The position numbers and the translations under genes were made by a program. Under the pieces are notes generated by a model. The model saw nothing but the letters and a program-made list of their open reading frames with translations. It did no database searches and was not told where the DNA came from. A stretch of DNA of 64,000 nucleotides, taken from a virus. Below are positions 29,398-39,005 of the stretch, one piece after another; position 1 is the first letter of the stretch; every line of letters begins with the position of its first letter. The DNA is taken from the IMG/VR virus record IMGVR_UViG_3300042888_002402. One strand, 5' to 3'.

Positions 29398-30060
29398 ATG
29401 TTTGAATCTCATGGTTGGTGGTTTCCAGATTATGAAACCCATTTCCCAAAAATGTTGGGTAAAAATATTGCCAAAGGTGGACCAGCTGAATATCAGCAAA
29501 AAGTCAGACATCGCAGTTTGGGCTACACTGTCAGACGTAATTTGGCCCTAGACATAGGTGCCAATGTGGGCTTGTGGAGTCGAGAGCTTTGTGAAAATTT
29601 TGCACAGGTCATTGCATTTGAGCCTGTTCCAGATTTTCGAGATTGCTTGGCCAAAAATGTGCCTGTTGAGAATTTGACACTTAGTACATTTGCACTGGGC
29701 GCCGAATGTACCACAGTGGACATGATTATAACTGAAGGCAACACAGGCCACTCGCATGTGGATCCTGAAAGTGTAGGACACGGAGTTGTCAACATGCTGA
29801 CCCTGGATCGGTTTATAGAAGAATATAAACTGCCCACAGTTGACTATATCAAAATTGACTGTGAGGGATATGAACTACGAGTATTAGAAGGTGCTGAACA
29901 AACAATCCGGCGAGACTTTCCTATTGTTGTGCTAGAGCAAAAACCTCATCCGGCCTATAGCAAAGAGTACGGACAGTTTGCCGCTATTGAATTGCTACAA
30001 AGTTGGGGTATGCGGTGTGTGGATCAAGTCAAAGATGATTGGATCATGGGATGGAACTAG
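29398..30060 (+). CDS. FkbM-family methyltransferase
   Basis: DIGANVG, FEP, IKIDCEGYE. Confidence 0.9.
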   Translation: MFESHGWWFPDYETHFPKMLGKNIAKGGPAEYQQKVRHRSLGYTVRRNLALDIGANVGLWSRELCENFAQVIAFEPVPDFRDCLAKNVPVENLTLSTFALGAECTTVDMIITEGNTGHSHVDPESVGHGVVNMLTLDRFIEEYKLPTVDYIKIDCEGYELRVLEGAEQTIRRDFPIVVLEQKPHPAYSKEYGQFAAIELLQSWGMRCVDQVKDDWIMGWN

Positions 30061-30686
30061 ACACAACTGACAACATTGATAAGGGTGCCAAAGATTCTGC
30101 GGCATGGGCTGTTAAATGGACCAAGGATAGATATATTGCCAAACATCGAGCAAGTTTTGAAATAGTTGATGCTTATCTTAATCAACCAGTGGGAAAATTG
30201 TTAGATATTGGGTGTGGCTTTGCTTGGCAAAGCCGATGGTTTAATGAAAAATACGGTACAGAGCTTTGGTTGTTGGATGGAGACGCTAGTACCAACGCTA
30301 CCAAATCTGAAACTGCCAGTTATGGCAACTGGAATACAGATCCCGACCAATTAAAATTTTATCACACATTTGATTTTTTAAATTCAAAACTACAAGAACT
30401 AGGCACAAAGAACTATCAACTGATTGATGCAAACAGCATCAACATACCTAGTGATGTCAAGTTTGATGTTATCACATCGTGGCTCAGTTGCGGGCATCAC
30501 TATCCTGTAAAAACTTATATAGAATTGATGAAAAAACATTCACATGAAAACACTAGAATTATTTTAGACATCAGATGCAAGGGCACGGCCACAAACTACA
30601 TTGGTGTAGATGGATTTGAAGTTGTAAATGTTGTGTCCAACGCAGGTGGCAAAAAACGTGCTACAGTGGAGATAAAGTTGTTATGA
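30051..30686 (+). CDS. Class I SAM methyltransferase
   Basis: LLDIGCG, FDVITSWLSCGHHYP. Confidence 0.8.
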   Translation: MELDTTDNIDKGAKDSAAWAVKWTKDRYIAKHRASFEIVDAYLNQPVGKLLDIGCGFAWQSRWFNEKYGTELWLLDGDASTNATKSETASYGNWNTDPDQLKFYHTFDFLNSKLQELGTKNYQLIDANSINIPSDVKFDVITSWLSCGHHYPVKTYIELMKKHSHENTRIILDIRCKGTATNYIGVDGFEVVNVVSNAGGKKRATVEIKLL

Positions 30687-31354
30687 GTCCGTATTATTTA
30701 GAGTCAGTTCAGCAAGGCACAGAGTTCCAAAAAAACAACAAAAGCTGGGCTGGCTACGATGTGGTCAAGTATCAAAAGAAAATCAAAGATCTAGTTGTTC
30801 GATACAATGCTAAAACTATCTTGGATTATGGCTGTGGCAAAGGGTCACAGTACAAAGAGCCGTTGCCGTATGGCAGTAGACCTGGTGATGATATTCCACA
30901 AGACCAATGGCAAACATTTGATGAGTATTTGGGAGTCAAAGTATATTGCTATGATCCTTGTGTGGAAGGGTTTACAGAACTACCTCCTGCAGGTACAAAA
31001 TTTGATGGTGTCATTTGCACACAGGTATTGAACAGCATACCCGATGATGACATGCCATGGGTGCGTGATTTGCTAGAAGGTTATGCAACAAAGTTTTGTT
31101 TTGTTGGTCTAAACTTTCAACGCGAAGCCAAAGGCAAAAAAACCATGTATGATCCTGAATACTTTAGACTGCCCAGGACTAGAGAGTTCTTCAGCAATCA
31201 CTTTACTGATTGGTCTGGTAGTGATTTGTTTTGGTGGTGGAAAGACCGCTTGCACTATCCCAGTTGGATAGACGATCAACTGAATGGTACTTGGAAAGAT
31301 GTTCCTAGTACATGGACTGACAAGTACAAATATGTAGAGGTAAACCACAGATGA
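30683..31354 (+). CDS. Class I SAM methyltransferase
   Basis: LDYGCGKG, YDP, FDGVICTQVL. Confidence 0.85.
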   Translation: MSPYYLESVQQGTEFQKNNKSWAGYDVVKYQKKIKDLVVRYNAKTILDYGCGKGSQYKEPLPYGSRPGDDIPQDQWQTFDEYLGVKVYCYDPCVEGFTELPPAGTKFDGVICTQVLNSIPDDDMPWVRDLLEGYATKFCFVGLNFQREAKGKKTMYDPEYFRLPRTREFFSNHFTDWSGSDLFWWWKDRLHYPSWIDDQLNGTWKDVPSTWTDKYKYVEVNHR

Positions 31355-31908
31355 TTATAGATCCTGAATATCAAGCACAATTGGCTGCTATGCATAGCAA
31401 AGGGCAATTTGTTAGAGGTAGCAAAATTTTTGGCAGTATACAACCATTCCTCACACAGTACCAACTCACCAGTGTATTAGACTTTGGATGTGGACACGGT
31501 GCGCTAATGGCCAGCATACAGGAAACATACCCCGACATGCGTGTGGAAGGATACGATCCCGGTAATCCTGCGCACAATCGAGTTCCAAAACGATCATTTG
31601 ATGCTGTGATCAGTGCAGATGTGCTTGAACACATTGAACCCAACCACTTGGCTGAAACATTACGCATGATCAGCGACAAAATGATTGTTGCTGGATGGTT
31701 CAGAATTGCCTGTTATCCTGCAAAGAAACATCTACCTGATGGACGTAATGCTCACTTGATTGTGGAGTCACCGGTATGGTGGCGTGAACAGTTGCTTGCC
31801 AACATGGATATCACTATTGTGTCAGAAGAGATCTCTGTGTTTGACAAAAGCCACAAGTGGCCCGACGTTGTGGGACACAACTACGATGTTGTGGTAGAAG
31901 TCAAATAA
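31351..31908 (+). CDS. Class I SAM methyltransferase
   Basis: LDFGCGHG, YDP, DVLEHIEP. Confidence 0.88.
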   Translation: MIIDPEYQAQLAAMHSKGQFVRGSKIFGSIQPFLTQYQLTSVLDFGCGHGALMASIQETYPDMRVEGYDPGNPAHNRVPKRSFDAVISADVLEHIEPNHLAETLRMISDKMIVAGWFRIACYPAKKHLPDGRNAHLIVESPVWWREQLLANMDITIVSEEISVFDKSHKWPDVVGHNYDVVVEVK

Positions 31909-32825
31909 GGCTGAAACTTTTGCCAGATGCGTCCTGCCTGTGCATCTGCGTCCGACCAGTGTGCGGCGGCCAGGTCATACAACCATTGCTCTCGAGCAAA
32001 TACAGCAGGTGATTCAATTTGAGCAATATCTTGATTGGCCACTGCCCAGGCCACACAACTCACATCATCCGCAAACACAGGTATGCCGGCACACACAGCC
32101 GCTACACTAGCACTGCTGTTGAAGAATACTGCGGCATGGGCACCAGTTAGATTGTCTACCAAGCGAGTGTTTACAGGATCAGATACCACAATGCTGGTAG
32201 TATCGTTGTTTTGTCTTTTGTGCCACTTGTGAAAATCATCCGGTCTATAATCACCTGGGTGAGGACGTATCATGATCTGGCGTTGAGTGTGTTGTCGAAT
32301 TTGTCGAATTTTTTCATTGAGCCATTCCATGGGATCTAATGCTTTCATAGAAAAGCCGCCATCACGTTGCATACAAATCAAGACATGTCCTTGAGAATTT
32401 GATTGTGACAATTTTAATTCAATGTGGAGTGCTTGTTGAATTTCGTTCCACTTGGCGCTGTCACTGTTGTGATTGGCGTATTCGGACCGATCATAAAACG
32501 GTCCATTTAAACTGTAGCGTAGATACCTACTGTCTTGATCCGTATACTTCCAGCAACTGGCATCTATACACATGGTCTGCAGTCCACGCCTGCGTTGCTC
32601 TACTATGATTTGTTTGCGTAAGGCAATATTACGCCCGCCTGTATTGGTAGTTGCCCAGCCCAACATCACTGCCAGGCGACTGGGTGTGTAAACGTAATCG
32701 TGCTCCACATGTACTTGGCCTCCAGAACTGGCGACTCCTGTGGCAAAACTTTCTAAGCATTGAGTCTTGCGTGTGTGCTTTTTTACATTGGCCACACTGG
32801 AAATGTAAACAACACAATCAATCAT
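31881..32825 (-). CDS. KpsS/KpsC-like glycosyltransferase
   Basis: CMQRDGG, IRPHPG, FNSSASVAAVCAGIPVF. Confidence 0.65.
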   Translation of the reverse strand: MIDCVVYISSVANVKKHTRKTQCLESFATGVASSGGQVHVEHDYVYTPSRLAVMLGWATTNTGGRNIALRKQIIVEQRRRGLQTMCIDASCWKYTDQDSRYLRYSLNGPFYDRSEYANHNSDSAKWNEIQQALHIELKLSQSNSQGHVLICMQRDGGFSMKALDPMEWLNEKIRQIRQHTQRQIMIRPHPGDYRPDDFHKWHKRQNNDTTSIVVSDPVNTRLVDNLTGAHAAVFFNSSASVAAVCAGIPVFADDVSCVAWAVANQDIAQIESPAVFAREQWLYDLAAAHWSDADAQAGRIWQKFQPYLTSTTTS

Positions 32826-33819
32826 TGTTTAGTATGCGCCAGGCAGTGCCGTTGCGCATTTCCACTTCTGTAAATTGACAGTATGCCATGTGTCGTGCCC
32901 ATGCTTCCACTTCCTCTATGCTAGGAACACGTGGATTTTCTATAGCATCAAGACTTTGACTGCACAACGGTGCCGCGGCATTGGGACCTAGTGTGATAGC
33001 AGGTTTGCCGTGCAACAGTGCTTCACCTGCGGCAATACTGGAAAATGTAACTAAACAATGTACATCTTGATCTAACGCCATTTCCATAGTGTTATCAATC
33101 ATTCTGGTACTACGATTTTGTTTGGTTCTTATAACAACTGGCCTATCGGTGTATTTTTTAATTTCTTCTTGTACATTAGTCAACCAATCTTCAAGTATAA
33201 TATCATAATTGTTTAACAGTTTTTGACTAGGCGGAGCAATAAGAATATTTGTCCCTCGACGCATTTTCCGTGGTCTAGCGTTGGTTTTTTCTAGTCGGTC
33301 CCAAGGACGTTCAATAATTGGTCCGAACCATTGCACATCATTTTTGGTAATTCTGTGATATAGTTTTCTCTTACCGTTACCAAAGTATCCGGTGTCAATG
33401 TAGTAGAAATCTCTTCCTGCGGCTCGGCAGGCATCCATTTGTTTGTGTTTGGTAATGCCACGCAACACCACAGCAGTTTCTGTGTGTTCTTCTTGGGCCC
33501 AGGTGCTGATTTGGCCGCCAGCACCTTGTACAAAACTTTGTAATATAGGATCGTACATGTGTCCTTTTCTTTTGTATCTGTATTCGCTATCAATACTCAC
33601 AATGTTGTTGATCGGCAATGCTGCCAGTTTTTCACTCAACGTTTGTAGTGTAATACCGTAAATAGATCCTGCTGGATCTACTCGATATTTTACTATGTTG
33701 TTAAATATTTCCCGTATCTCAGGAACCACCTGATCTAACTCATGCGGTTCGGGCGGAGCAGGAGGTTCAGGGGGTGGTGGGGGAATATATGATGATTCGT
33801 CTTCCTGTTCCCAGATCAT
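32818..33819 (-). CDS. KpsS/KpsC-like glycosyltransferase with Pro-rich N-terminus
   Basis: IDTGYF, VTFSSIAAGEALLHGKP; PPPPPEPPAPPEP. Confidence 0.6.
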   Translation of the reverse strand: MIWEQEDESSYIPPPPPEPPAPPEPHELDQVVPEIREIFNNIVKYRVDPAGSIYGITLQTLSEKLAALPINNIVSIDSEYRYKRKGHMYDPILQSFVQGAGGQISTWAQEEHTETAVVLRGITKHKQMDACRAAGRDFYYIDTGYFGNGKRKLYHRITKNDVQWFGPIIERPWDRLEKTNARPRKMRRGTNILIAPPSQKLLNNYDIILEDWLTNVQEEIKKYTDRPVVIRTKQNRSTRMIDNTMEMALDQDVHCLVTFSSIAAGEALLHGKPAITLGPNAAAPLCSQSLDAIENPRVPSIEEVEAWARHMAYCQFTEVEMRNGTAWRILNND

Positions 33820-34502
33820 TCTATTGACCTTTGCTGACAGTATTCAGTTAGTATGCGTTCTCTGTGCCATTCATCGCCTTGTGGTGTTGTAGCAAACTCA
33901 TGAAAACAGGGTGTGCCTAGTGTATAGTGTAATAGCTTGGCATCTTTGTTAACACCATATTCATCAGGCAACCAGTTCCACTCAGGAGGCAGTTCACCTA
34001 TGCGGCTGTCATCTAACCACGAGAAGCGGTGGAGCTCACTGCCGGTGGCGTGTTGGACGAACTGGGGAGTAAGTTTCCTGTTAGGAAAACTATTACAATT
34101 CCACAGAATAACACTACTCCAATTTTTTCGAGGATAGTCTTCATTTGGTGCTCCTAGATATTTTACAGGCATGCGTGTTTTGTAATCATGTTTGACTACC
34201 ATGACATCATTATAGGGATTCTGCAATTCCCATAACTTCACAATGTCATCGCGTACAATCATGTCACCATCAATGAAGATAGCCCAGCCTGTGTATTCTT
34301 GCAGGTGTGGTACTAAGAAGCGTGTGTAGATAAAATGATTGCTGCCATCTGTGTGTGTTTCTTCATAGTCACGAAACAGGTTCAATGCCACAGGAATAAT
34401 AGCCACAGGTTTTGATGCATGCCGTATGATCGAGTTGGCACAGGTGTGAAAAGCAATGGCTTCTCTTGGGTCGTACCCAACATAAACTGGTATGGCTTTC
34501 AT
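33816..34502 (-). CDS. GT-A glycosyltransferase (GT8/CDI-like)
   Basis: VGYDPRE, RFLVP, FIDGDM, YPRKNWSS, HYTLGTP. Confidence 0.88.
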   Translation of the reverse strand: MKAIPVYVGYDPREAIAFHTCANSIIRHASKPVAIIPVALNLFRDYEETHTDGSNHFIYTRFLVPHLQEYTGWAIFIDGDMIVRDDIVKLWELQNPYNDVMVVKHDYKTRMPVKYLGAPNEDYPRKNWSSVILWNCNSFPNRKLTPQFVQHATGSELHRFSWLDDSRIGELPPEWNWLPDEYGVNKDAKLLHYTLGTPCFHEFATTPQGDEWHRERILTEYCQQRSIE

Positions 34503-35263
34503 TGGCGTTCAATGTCCTCTTCAACACAGTTTTCACCGTATTGAATTTCAATCAGCTTGAGAGGATGATCAGTTTCATTGCACAGCATGTGCCACTGGTT
34601 TTTGGCGATCCAAATATAGTCATGCACAGCAAAATGCCCAACAAGATCGTGGTCACTAGAATTGTCTAGGGTGTACACTGCGGCTTCGCCTTCGGCTACA
34701 AACCAAAACTCAGCACGTTTGTCGTGGCGTTGCATGCTTAAACATGTTTTGGGTGCTACAGTTAATTCTTTGAGTTTGGTGTTAGGACCAACTTCGTGCA
34801 ACACACGGTAGTAGCCCCAGACACGGCCAGTCTTGGGTTTCTTCCAGTCTTCAAGTATCCAGCTACTGCTGTTGGCTTTGTTTTCGCCTCCCACACCAAA
34901 TACAAAACTCAGTCTGGGATCGGCAATCTTCATCTCGGGAATATTTTCTTGCGTTCGATCACCACCATTGGCAAAAATAATTTCATCATTGGGGAATAGT
35001 TTCAAGGTCTCTTGAATGAACGTGCTACAACTGTTGTCTGGATCATCTGCTATCATCACAGTCATGTCAACCATTTTTAAGTTTCTAATGATACCATCAC
35101 GTTCCTGGATAGGCATAAATGGTCGACCCTTTTTGCGAGTAAGCCATGCGTCGGAATTGAGACCAACTATGAGTTTATCTCCTAATTTTTTTGCTGATTC
35201 AAAATAGGCAATGTGGCCTGAGTGGATGGGGTCAAAGCCGCCTGTTACTAGTACTATTTTCAT
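34499..35263 (-). CDS. Cytidylyltransferase fused to mannose-6-phosphate-isomerase-type cupin
   Basis: GGFDPIHSGH, GLNSD, NSSS; WGYY...LSMQRH..RAEFW...IEIQYG. Confidence 0.9.
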   Translation of the reverse strand: MKIVLVTGGFDPIHSGHIAYFESAKKLGDKLIVGLNSDAWLTRKKGRPFMPIQERDGIIRNLKMVDMTVMIADDPDNSCSTFIQETLKLFPNDEIIFANGGDRTQENIPEMKIADPRLSFVFGVGGENKANSSSWILEDWKKPKTGRVWGYYRVLHEVGPNTKLKELTVAPKTCLSMQRHDKRAEFWFVAEGEAAVYTLDNSSDHDLVGHFAVHDYIWIAKNQWHMLCNETDHPLKLIEIQYGENCVEEDIERQ

Positions 35264-35293
35264 GACAATATTTAATGTTATTGTCAATCCAAG

Positions 35294-36055
35294 TTATAAT
35301 TTCCCCATCCAGGTCAGGCTATGATCAAGCCAAGGCACAATTAAATCTTGTTGGCGTAAATATCCATGTGCGTTGATACTTTTGGCTGCGCTTGCTGGCA
35401 GAATATTGCTTTCTGCTAAATCGTACCACGAAGTTTTACGTGGATCTCGTGGTTCTTGTTCGCTTTTGTATACCACTGCATGTATACAAGGATCTTGTGG
35501 AGTTTCTCGAAAAAATCCTGACGCACAATCCCATCCTGTTATGGCCAACATATGCATGAGACTCACCATGGTATGATGGTAGTAACATCCACTGGATTGC
35601 GTGTATGCCAATTGCCTATGATGCACTGTTATGGTTTTTGGCACAATCAATACCAACATCCCACCATCGCTGGTGATATTTCTCCATTTGATCAATGTGC
35701 CAATGGGATCGATACAGTATTGAAAAGCATCATGGCACCAAAGTACATCATAGTTTTTGTGTTTTGTAGGATGAATTTTGTCTTCGAAGTCTGTGCATTG
35801 ATAGGTAGCATTGGAATATTTTTTTGCCACTAGCAAGCTTTCAGCTTGATCTACTCCCACACATTCAATATTCAATGGTCGAGGAGTTTCATCTCTGGTA
35901 GTAGCACCAGCCCACCATGCTAGATCTAGACCAGCACCACAACCTAAATCCACCAAGGTACCAATGCTTTCCATGTAATCATCATACTCATACAATGACA
36001 TAAGAGTTTGTAGACTATGAGCATGACTCAGCTCTGGTGTTGCAAAAGTAATCAT
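35294..36055 (-). CDS. Class I SAM methyltransferase
   Basis: VDLGCGAG, YDVLWCHD. Confidence 0.8.
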   Translation of the reverse strand: MITFATPELSHAHSLQTLMSLYEYDDYMESIGTLVDLGCGAGLDLAWWAGATTRDETPRPLNIECVGVDQAESLLVAKKYSNATYQCTDFEDKIHPTKHKNYDVLWCHDAFQYCIDPIGTLIKWRNITSDGGMLVLIVPKTITVHHRQLAYTQSSGCYYHHTMVSLMHMLAITGWDCASGFFRETPQDPCIHAVVYKSEQEPRDPRKTSWYDLAESNILPASAAKSINAHGYLRQQDLIVPWLDHSLTWMGKL

Positions 36056-36504
36056 ATTTGTATATCTTCCATGCCTGCAGCTCGTAATCGTACTATATGC
36101 CCAAGCATGAAATTTTTAGATTCCATGGCTTTCATAATACCCAAATAACGATTGCGAAGCAATGCCACTTCGTTTATTATTGTTTCAAAGTCAATGACTT
36201 CGTCCTCACCATCTACATATTTTTCAGCATCTCTGCTGGTCAATGCACGAGCGTATCCTTCTAGATACTTCTGAAAATGCCTGCGACGAATTTTACGTAG
36301 TTGTATATTGAGATAGTTCAATACCGCTTCTATTTCTTGAAGTTGATTAAATCTATGCTCAGTGATGCCAGGCAGTGCGGATATATTTTTTTCCACTACG
36401 CCGCCTATACGACAATCTTGTTTAGACAAGTCAAGTTCATGTTCATAATGTGCAATAAAATCTGGTATTGCTCCGAGATCTGATACCACACGACTGTACC
36501 ACAT
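36052..36504 (-). CDS. uvsY: UvsY-like recombination mediator
   Basis: Helical, LTSRDAEKYVDGE; downstream of uvsX. Confidence 0.7.
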   Translation of the reverse strand: MWYSRVVSDLGAIPDFIAHYEHELDLSKQDCRIGGVVEKNISALPGITEHRFNQLQEIEAVLNYLNIQLRKIRRRHFQKYLEGYARALTSRDAEKYVDGEDEVIDFETIINEVALLRNRYLGIMKAMESKNFMLGHIVRLRAAGMEDIQI

Positions 36505-36764
36505 CAGTCTTCCCAATCGTGATCAATTTCTTCATCTTCGTCGAGCTCTTCTTCATCTTCGGCATAATCTTTATCGTTGTCAAGGTATACAGTTAGTGCT
36601 CGTTTGATATCGCTATCACTTTTAAATGCGGCACGGATATCTTCTATATCACTGTCGTGATCAATCAAGATTGATACAATGGTTTCAGCAGCTTCGGCTC
36701 GATCCACTGTGTTAACATATCTTTTAAGCTCGCTCCAAATCTCGCTAGCAACTGTTTCGGTCAT
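36504..36764 (-). CDS. Hypothetical acidic protein
   Basis: 86 aa, acidic tail. Confidence 0.7.
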   Translation of the reverse strand: MTETVASEIWSELKRYVNTVDRAEAAETIVSILIDHDSDIEDIRAAFKSDSDIKRALTVYLDNDKDYAEDEEELDEDEEIDHDWED

Positions 36765-36874
36765 TCTTCATCTCCTTTGATATTAATCATGCTATCAACT
36801 GCTTCTGTTTGGTCAGCAGTGCTGATATGTCGTTTGAGTTCTTGATATATTTTGTTTACAAAATCTATTGTCAT
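36761..36874 (-). pseudogene. 37-aa truncated paralog of the downstream 86-aa gene
   Basis: MTIDFVNKIYQELKRHISTADQTEAVDSMINI vs MTETVASEIWSELKRYVNTVDRAEAAETIVSI; SD AAGGAG. Confidence 0.6.
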
Positions 36875-36875
36875 G

Positions 36876-37421
36876 TTACTCCTTATGTTTTTTTAAAAAA
36901 TTATCGTAAGTTTTTTGTCTACGTACTACTACATCTTTATAATGATTTTTAGACCAATAAGTGTAGTAGTCTGTGGTTAACAGATACTTATGACCTTGTA
37001 ATACTGGGTCTAGTTGGTTAAGAAATACTGCAAAATAGTTTCCTTGATTAAACAGTCCAGGATAGAGGCTTTGAGTATTAACTGCCGCGCCCGACTGAAT
37101 AAAGTAGCCCTGTGACATAATTTCTTGATTCAATTTATCAATCATTTTTGTAAGTCCAAGTGTCCAACAAGCCCTAGGAGGCATAATCATAATACAAATG
37201 TCATGGTCTGGACCAGCTATGGTTTCTGTTACCGTTGACTGTATAAATTCTTTGATACTACCAGATTCGTATACTTTAACTGCCACTGTTCCTTTGAGTC
37301 TAGCGGCCTTAGCAAATGGGCACACTGGAAATTTGTAGTCGTAGAATTTATGCTCAACTTCAATGTAGTTTTTTAACCATTCCCAAATGTCGTGTTCAAT
37401 TTGTTTAGTTAGTTCCGTCAT
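36876..37421 (-). CDS. DUF1415-like hypothetical protein
   Basis: W...PVCPFAK motif. Confidence 0.5.
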   Translation of the reverse strand: MTELTKQIEHDIWEWLKNYIEVEHKFYDYKFPVCPFAKAARLKGTVAVKVYESGSIKEFIQSTVTETIAGPDHDICIMIMPPRACWTLGLTKMIDKLNQEIMSQGYFIQSGAAVNTQSLYPGLFNQGNYFAVFLNQLDPVLQGHKYLLTTDYYTYWSKNHYKDVVVRRQKTYDNFLKKHKE

Positions 37422-38100
37422 TGATATTCCTAAAAACATACATTGTCAACCCACCGTTTAACGTATTAAATATATTTGTCACATTAACACAACGATTATG
37501 CAAAGATGGGTAAACAGTTAATAATTTGTAACCTTGCCAGGCCTGTAAAAACTTGCCGTGTGTAAATGTAGTCTCAAACGGATTACATTCTTGATCTAGT
37601 TGTAATCGGCGATTGTGATAATTAGTCCGTAAAATTCTCTGAACAATTTTTCCAACTGTGTTATAGATACTTACAATTATAACACCGTTGTCTGCCAACA
37701 GCAATTTTATTTTTTCAATGGCATGTGACCAGTCCGGCACATGTGTAAGAAAACTTTGAGCAATGATAACATCATATTTTTTCTCTGTGTTAAAAATAAA
37801 AAAGTTTTCTTTAACAAACTCAACATTGTCAATTGAGTAGTTGCTGGCAATGTCTCTGGCAATGTCTACTCCTGCGGAAAAATCAATGCCAGTAAATTTG
37901 CTTTGATAGTTTAAAGCAAGAGAGTTAGTTATAAATCCAGTGCCGCACCCGACATCCAGGATACGTTGCCCGTGATCTATGTATTGGTCAATCAAGCTGA
38001 TATATTTGTTATTAGTTGCTTTACCTGTGCCCAAGAGTTCATAGCGACCCGGAAAAGGGTTTGTGTCATAAAACTGCTGTATTGATTGCTCTAGATTCAT
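37405..38100 (-). CDS. Class I SAM methyltransferase
   Basis: FYDTNPFP, LDVGCGTG, GIDFS, YDVII. Confidence 0.88.
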   Translation of the reverse strand: MNLEQSIQQFYDTNPFPGRYELLGTGKATNNKYISLIDQYIDHGQRILDVGCGTGFITNSLALNYQSKFTGIDFSAGVDIARDIASNYSIDNVEFVKENFFIFNTEKKYDVIIAQSFLTHVPDWSHAIEKIKLLLADNGVIIVSIYNTVGKIVQRILRTNYHNRRLQLDQECNPFETTFTHGKFLQAWQGYKLLTVYPSLHNRCVNVTNIFNTLNGGLTMYVFRNINDGTN

Positions 38101-39005
38101 CGGTAAATGTAAGGATCTTGATCCTTAAGCAATCGTGAACGCTTTTTCTCTTGAAAAAAATCTGCTATTCTCTGTAGCCAAACAGCAACCAGGCTAGGTT
38201 CCGCCTCAAGAAACTGATTACTAATAGACCGCGCCCATTGTTCAGATCCTTCAACTGTTAAGTGATTATTGTCAGGGAGTAGTAGACCTCTTTCAAAGCC
38301 ATACTCAAATGGTGTTCGGGCAATATAATTTCTCCAATTTATTCTGCCAAACAATCTATGCTCCTTAGGTAGCCTGCCAAAACTTTTATATCCCTTACCA
38401 AATGGATTTTTGTCAAAGGTAAATCGATATGGAATTTTGTGGTGGTCTAAAAAATCGCAACAAGAAACAACATGATTAAGTGTTAGTTCTTCGTGATAAG
38501 CACGATTGTTCATATACTGTATCATGGCAAAGTTTTGTATCCTGCCTTCAACGGACAAAGGATTATACCAAAGCAGATCAGCATTATAACATTCTTGTTG
38601 TATATCAATCGGCAGATTTATAAAATCATCTACTGTTTCGATATTAGGCCAACTTTCAGCACGAATATTTTTATAGCTGTCACACAGTTCAGTAAACTTG
38701 TTTCCGTCAGAAAACCAGTATCCAACATTGTTGATTACGCCATAATATTTTTGTTGTTCGAATAACGACTTTGTGGTGTCAGTAAGAGGCAATTGAAGAT
38801 CACCGAACGATAAATTGCTCCATACAATAACAACAAAGTCTGGCTGGTCAGATAAATCAATGGTGTTTACAACCGAATCAGATATAAATTTATTACCAGC
38901 GCCGCTTCGAGCTAGATTAATAACATCATGCTCGGGGAAAATTTGTTTGATCCAGTTTTGGCCTTCGACATAACTGCCGCCAGTTATTAAAATCTTTTTA
39001 GACAT
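38097..39005 (-). CDS. SGNH-like protein carrying the SWP module
   Basis: TGGSYV, NLARSGAGN, DNNHL; module 38589-38675. Confidence 0.65.
   Translation of the reverse strand: MSKKILITGGSYVEGQNWIKQIFPEHDVINLARSGAGNKFISDSVVNTIDLSDQPDFVVIVWSNLSFGDLQLPLTDTTKSLFEQQKYYGVINNVGYWFSDGNKFTELCDSYKNIRAESWPNIETVDDFINLPIDIQQECYNADLLWYNPLSVEGRIQNFAMIQYMNNRAYHEELTLNHVVSCCDFLDHHKIPYRFTFDKNPFGKGYKSFGRLPKEHRLFGRINWRNYIARTPFEYGFERGLLLPDNNHLTVEGSEQWARSISNQFLEAEPSLVAVWLQRIADFFQEKKRSRLLKDQDPYIYR

Noticed and set aside
28578-31908. Invertible phase-variation segment
   Set aside because: No flanking inverted repeats or recombinase seen
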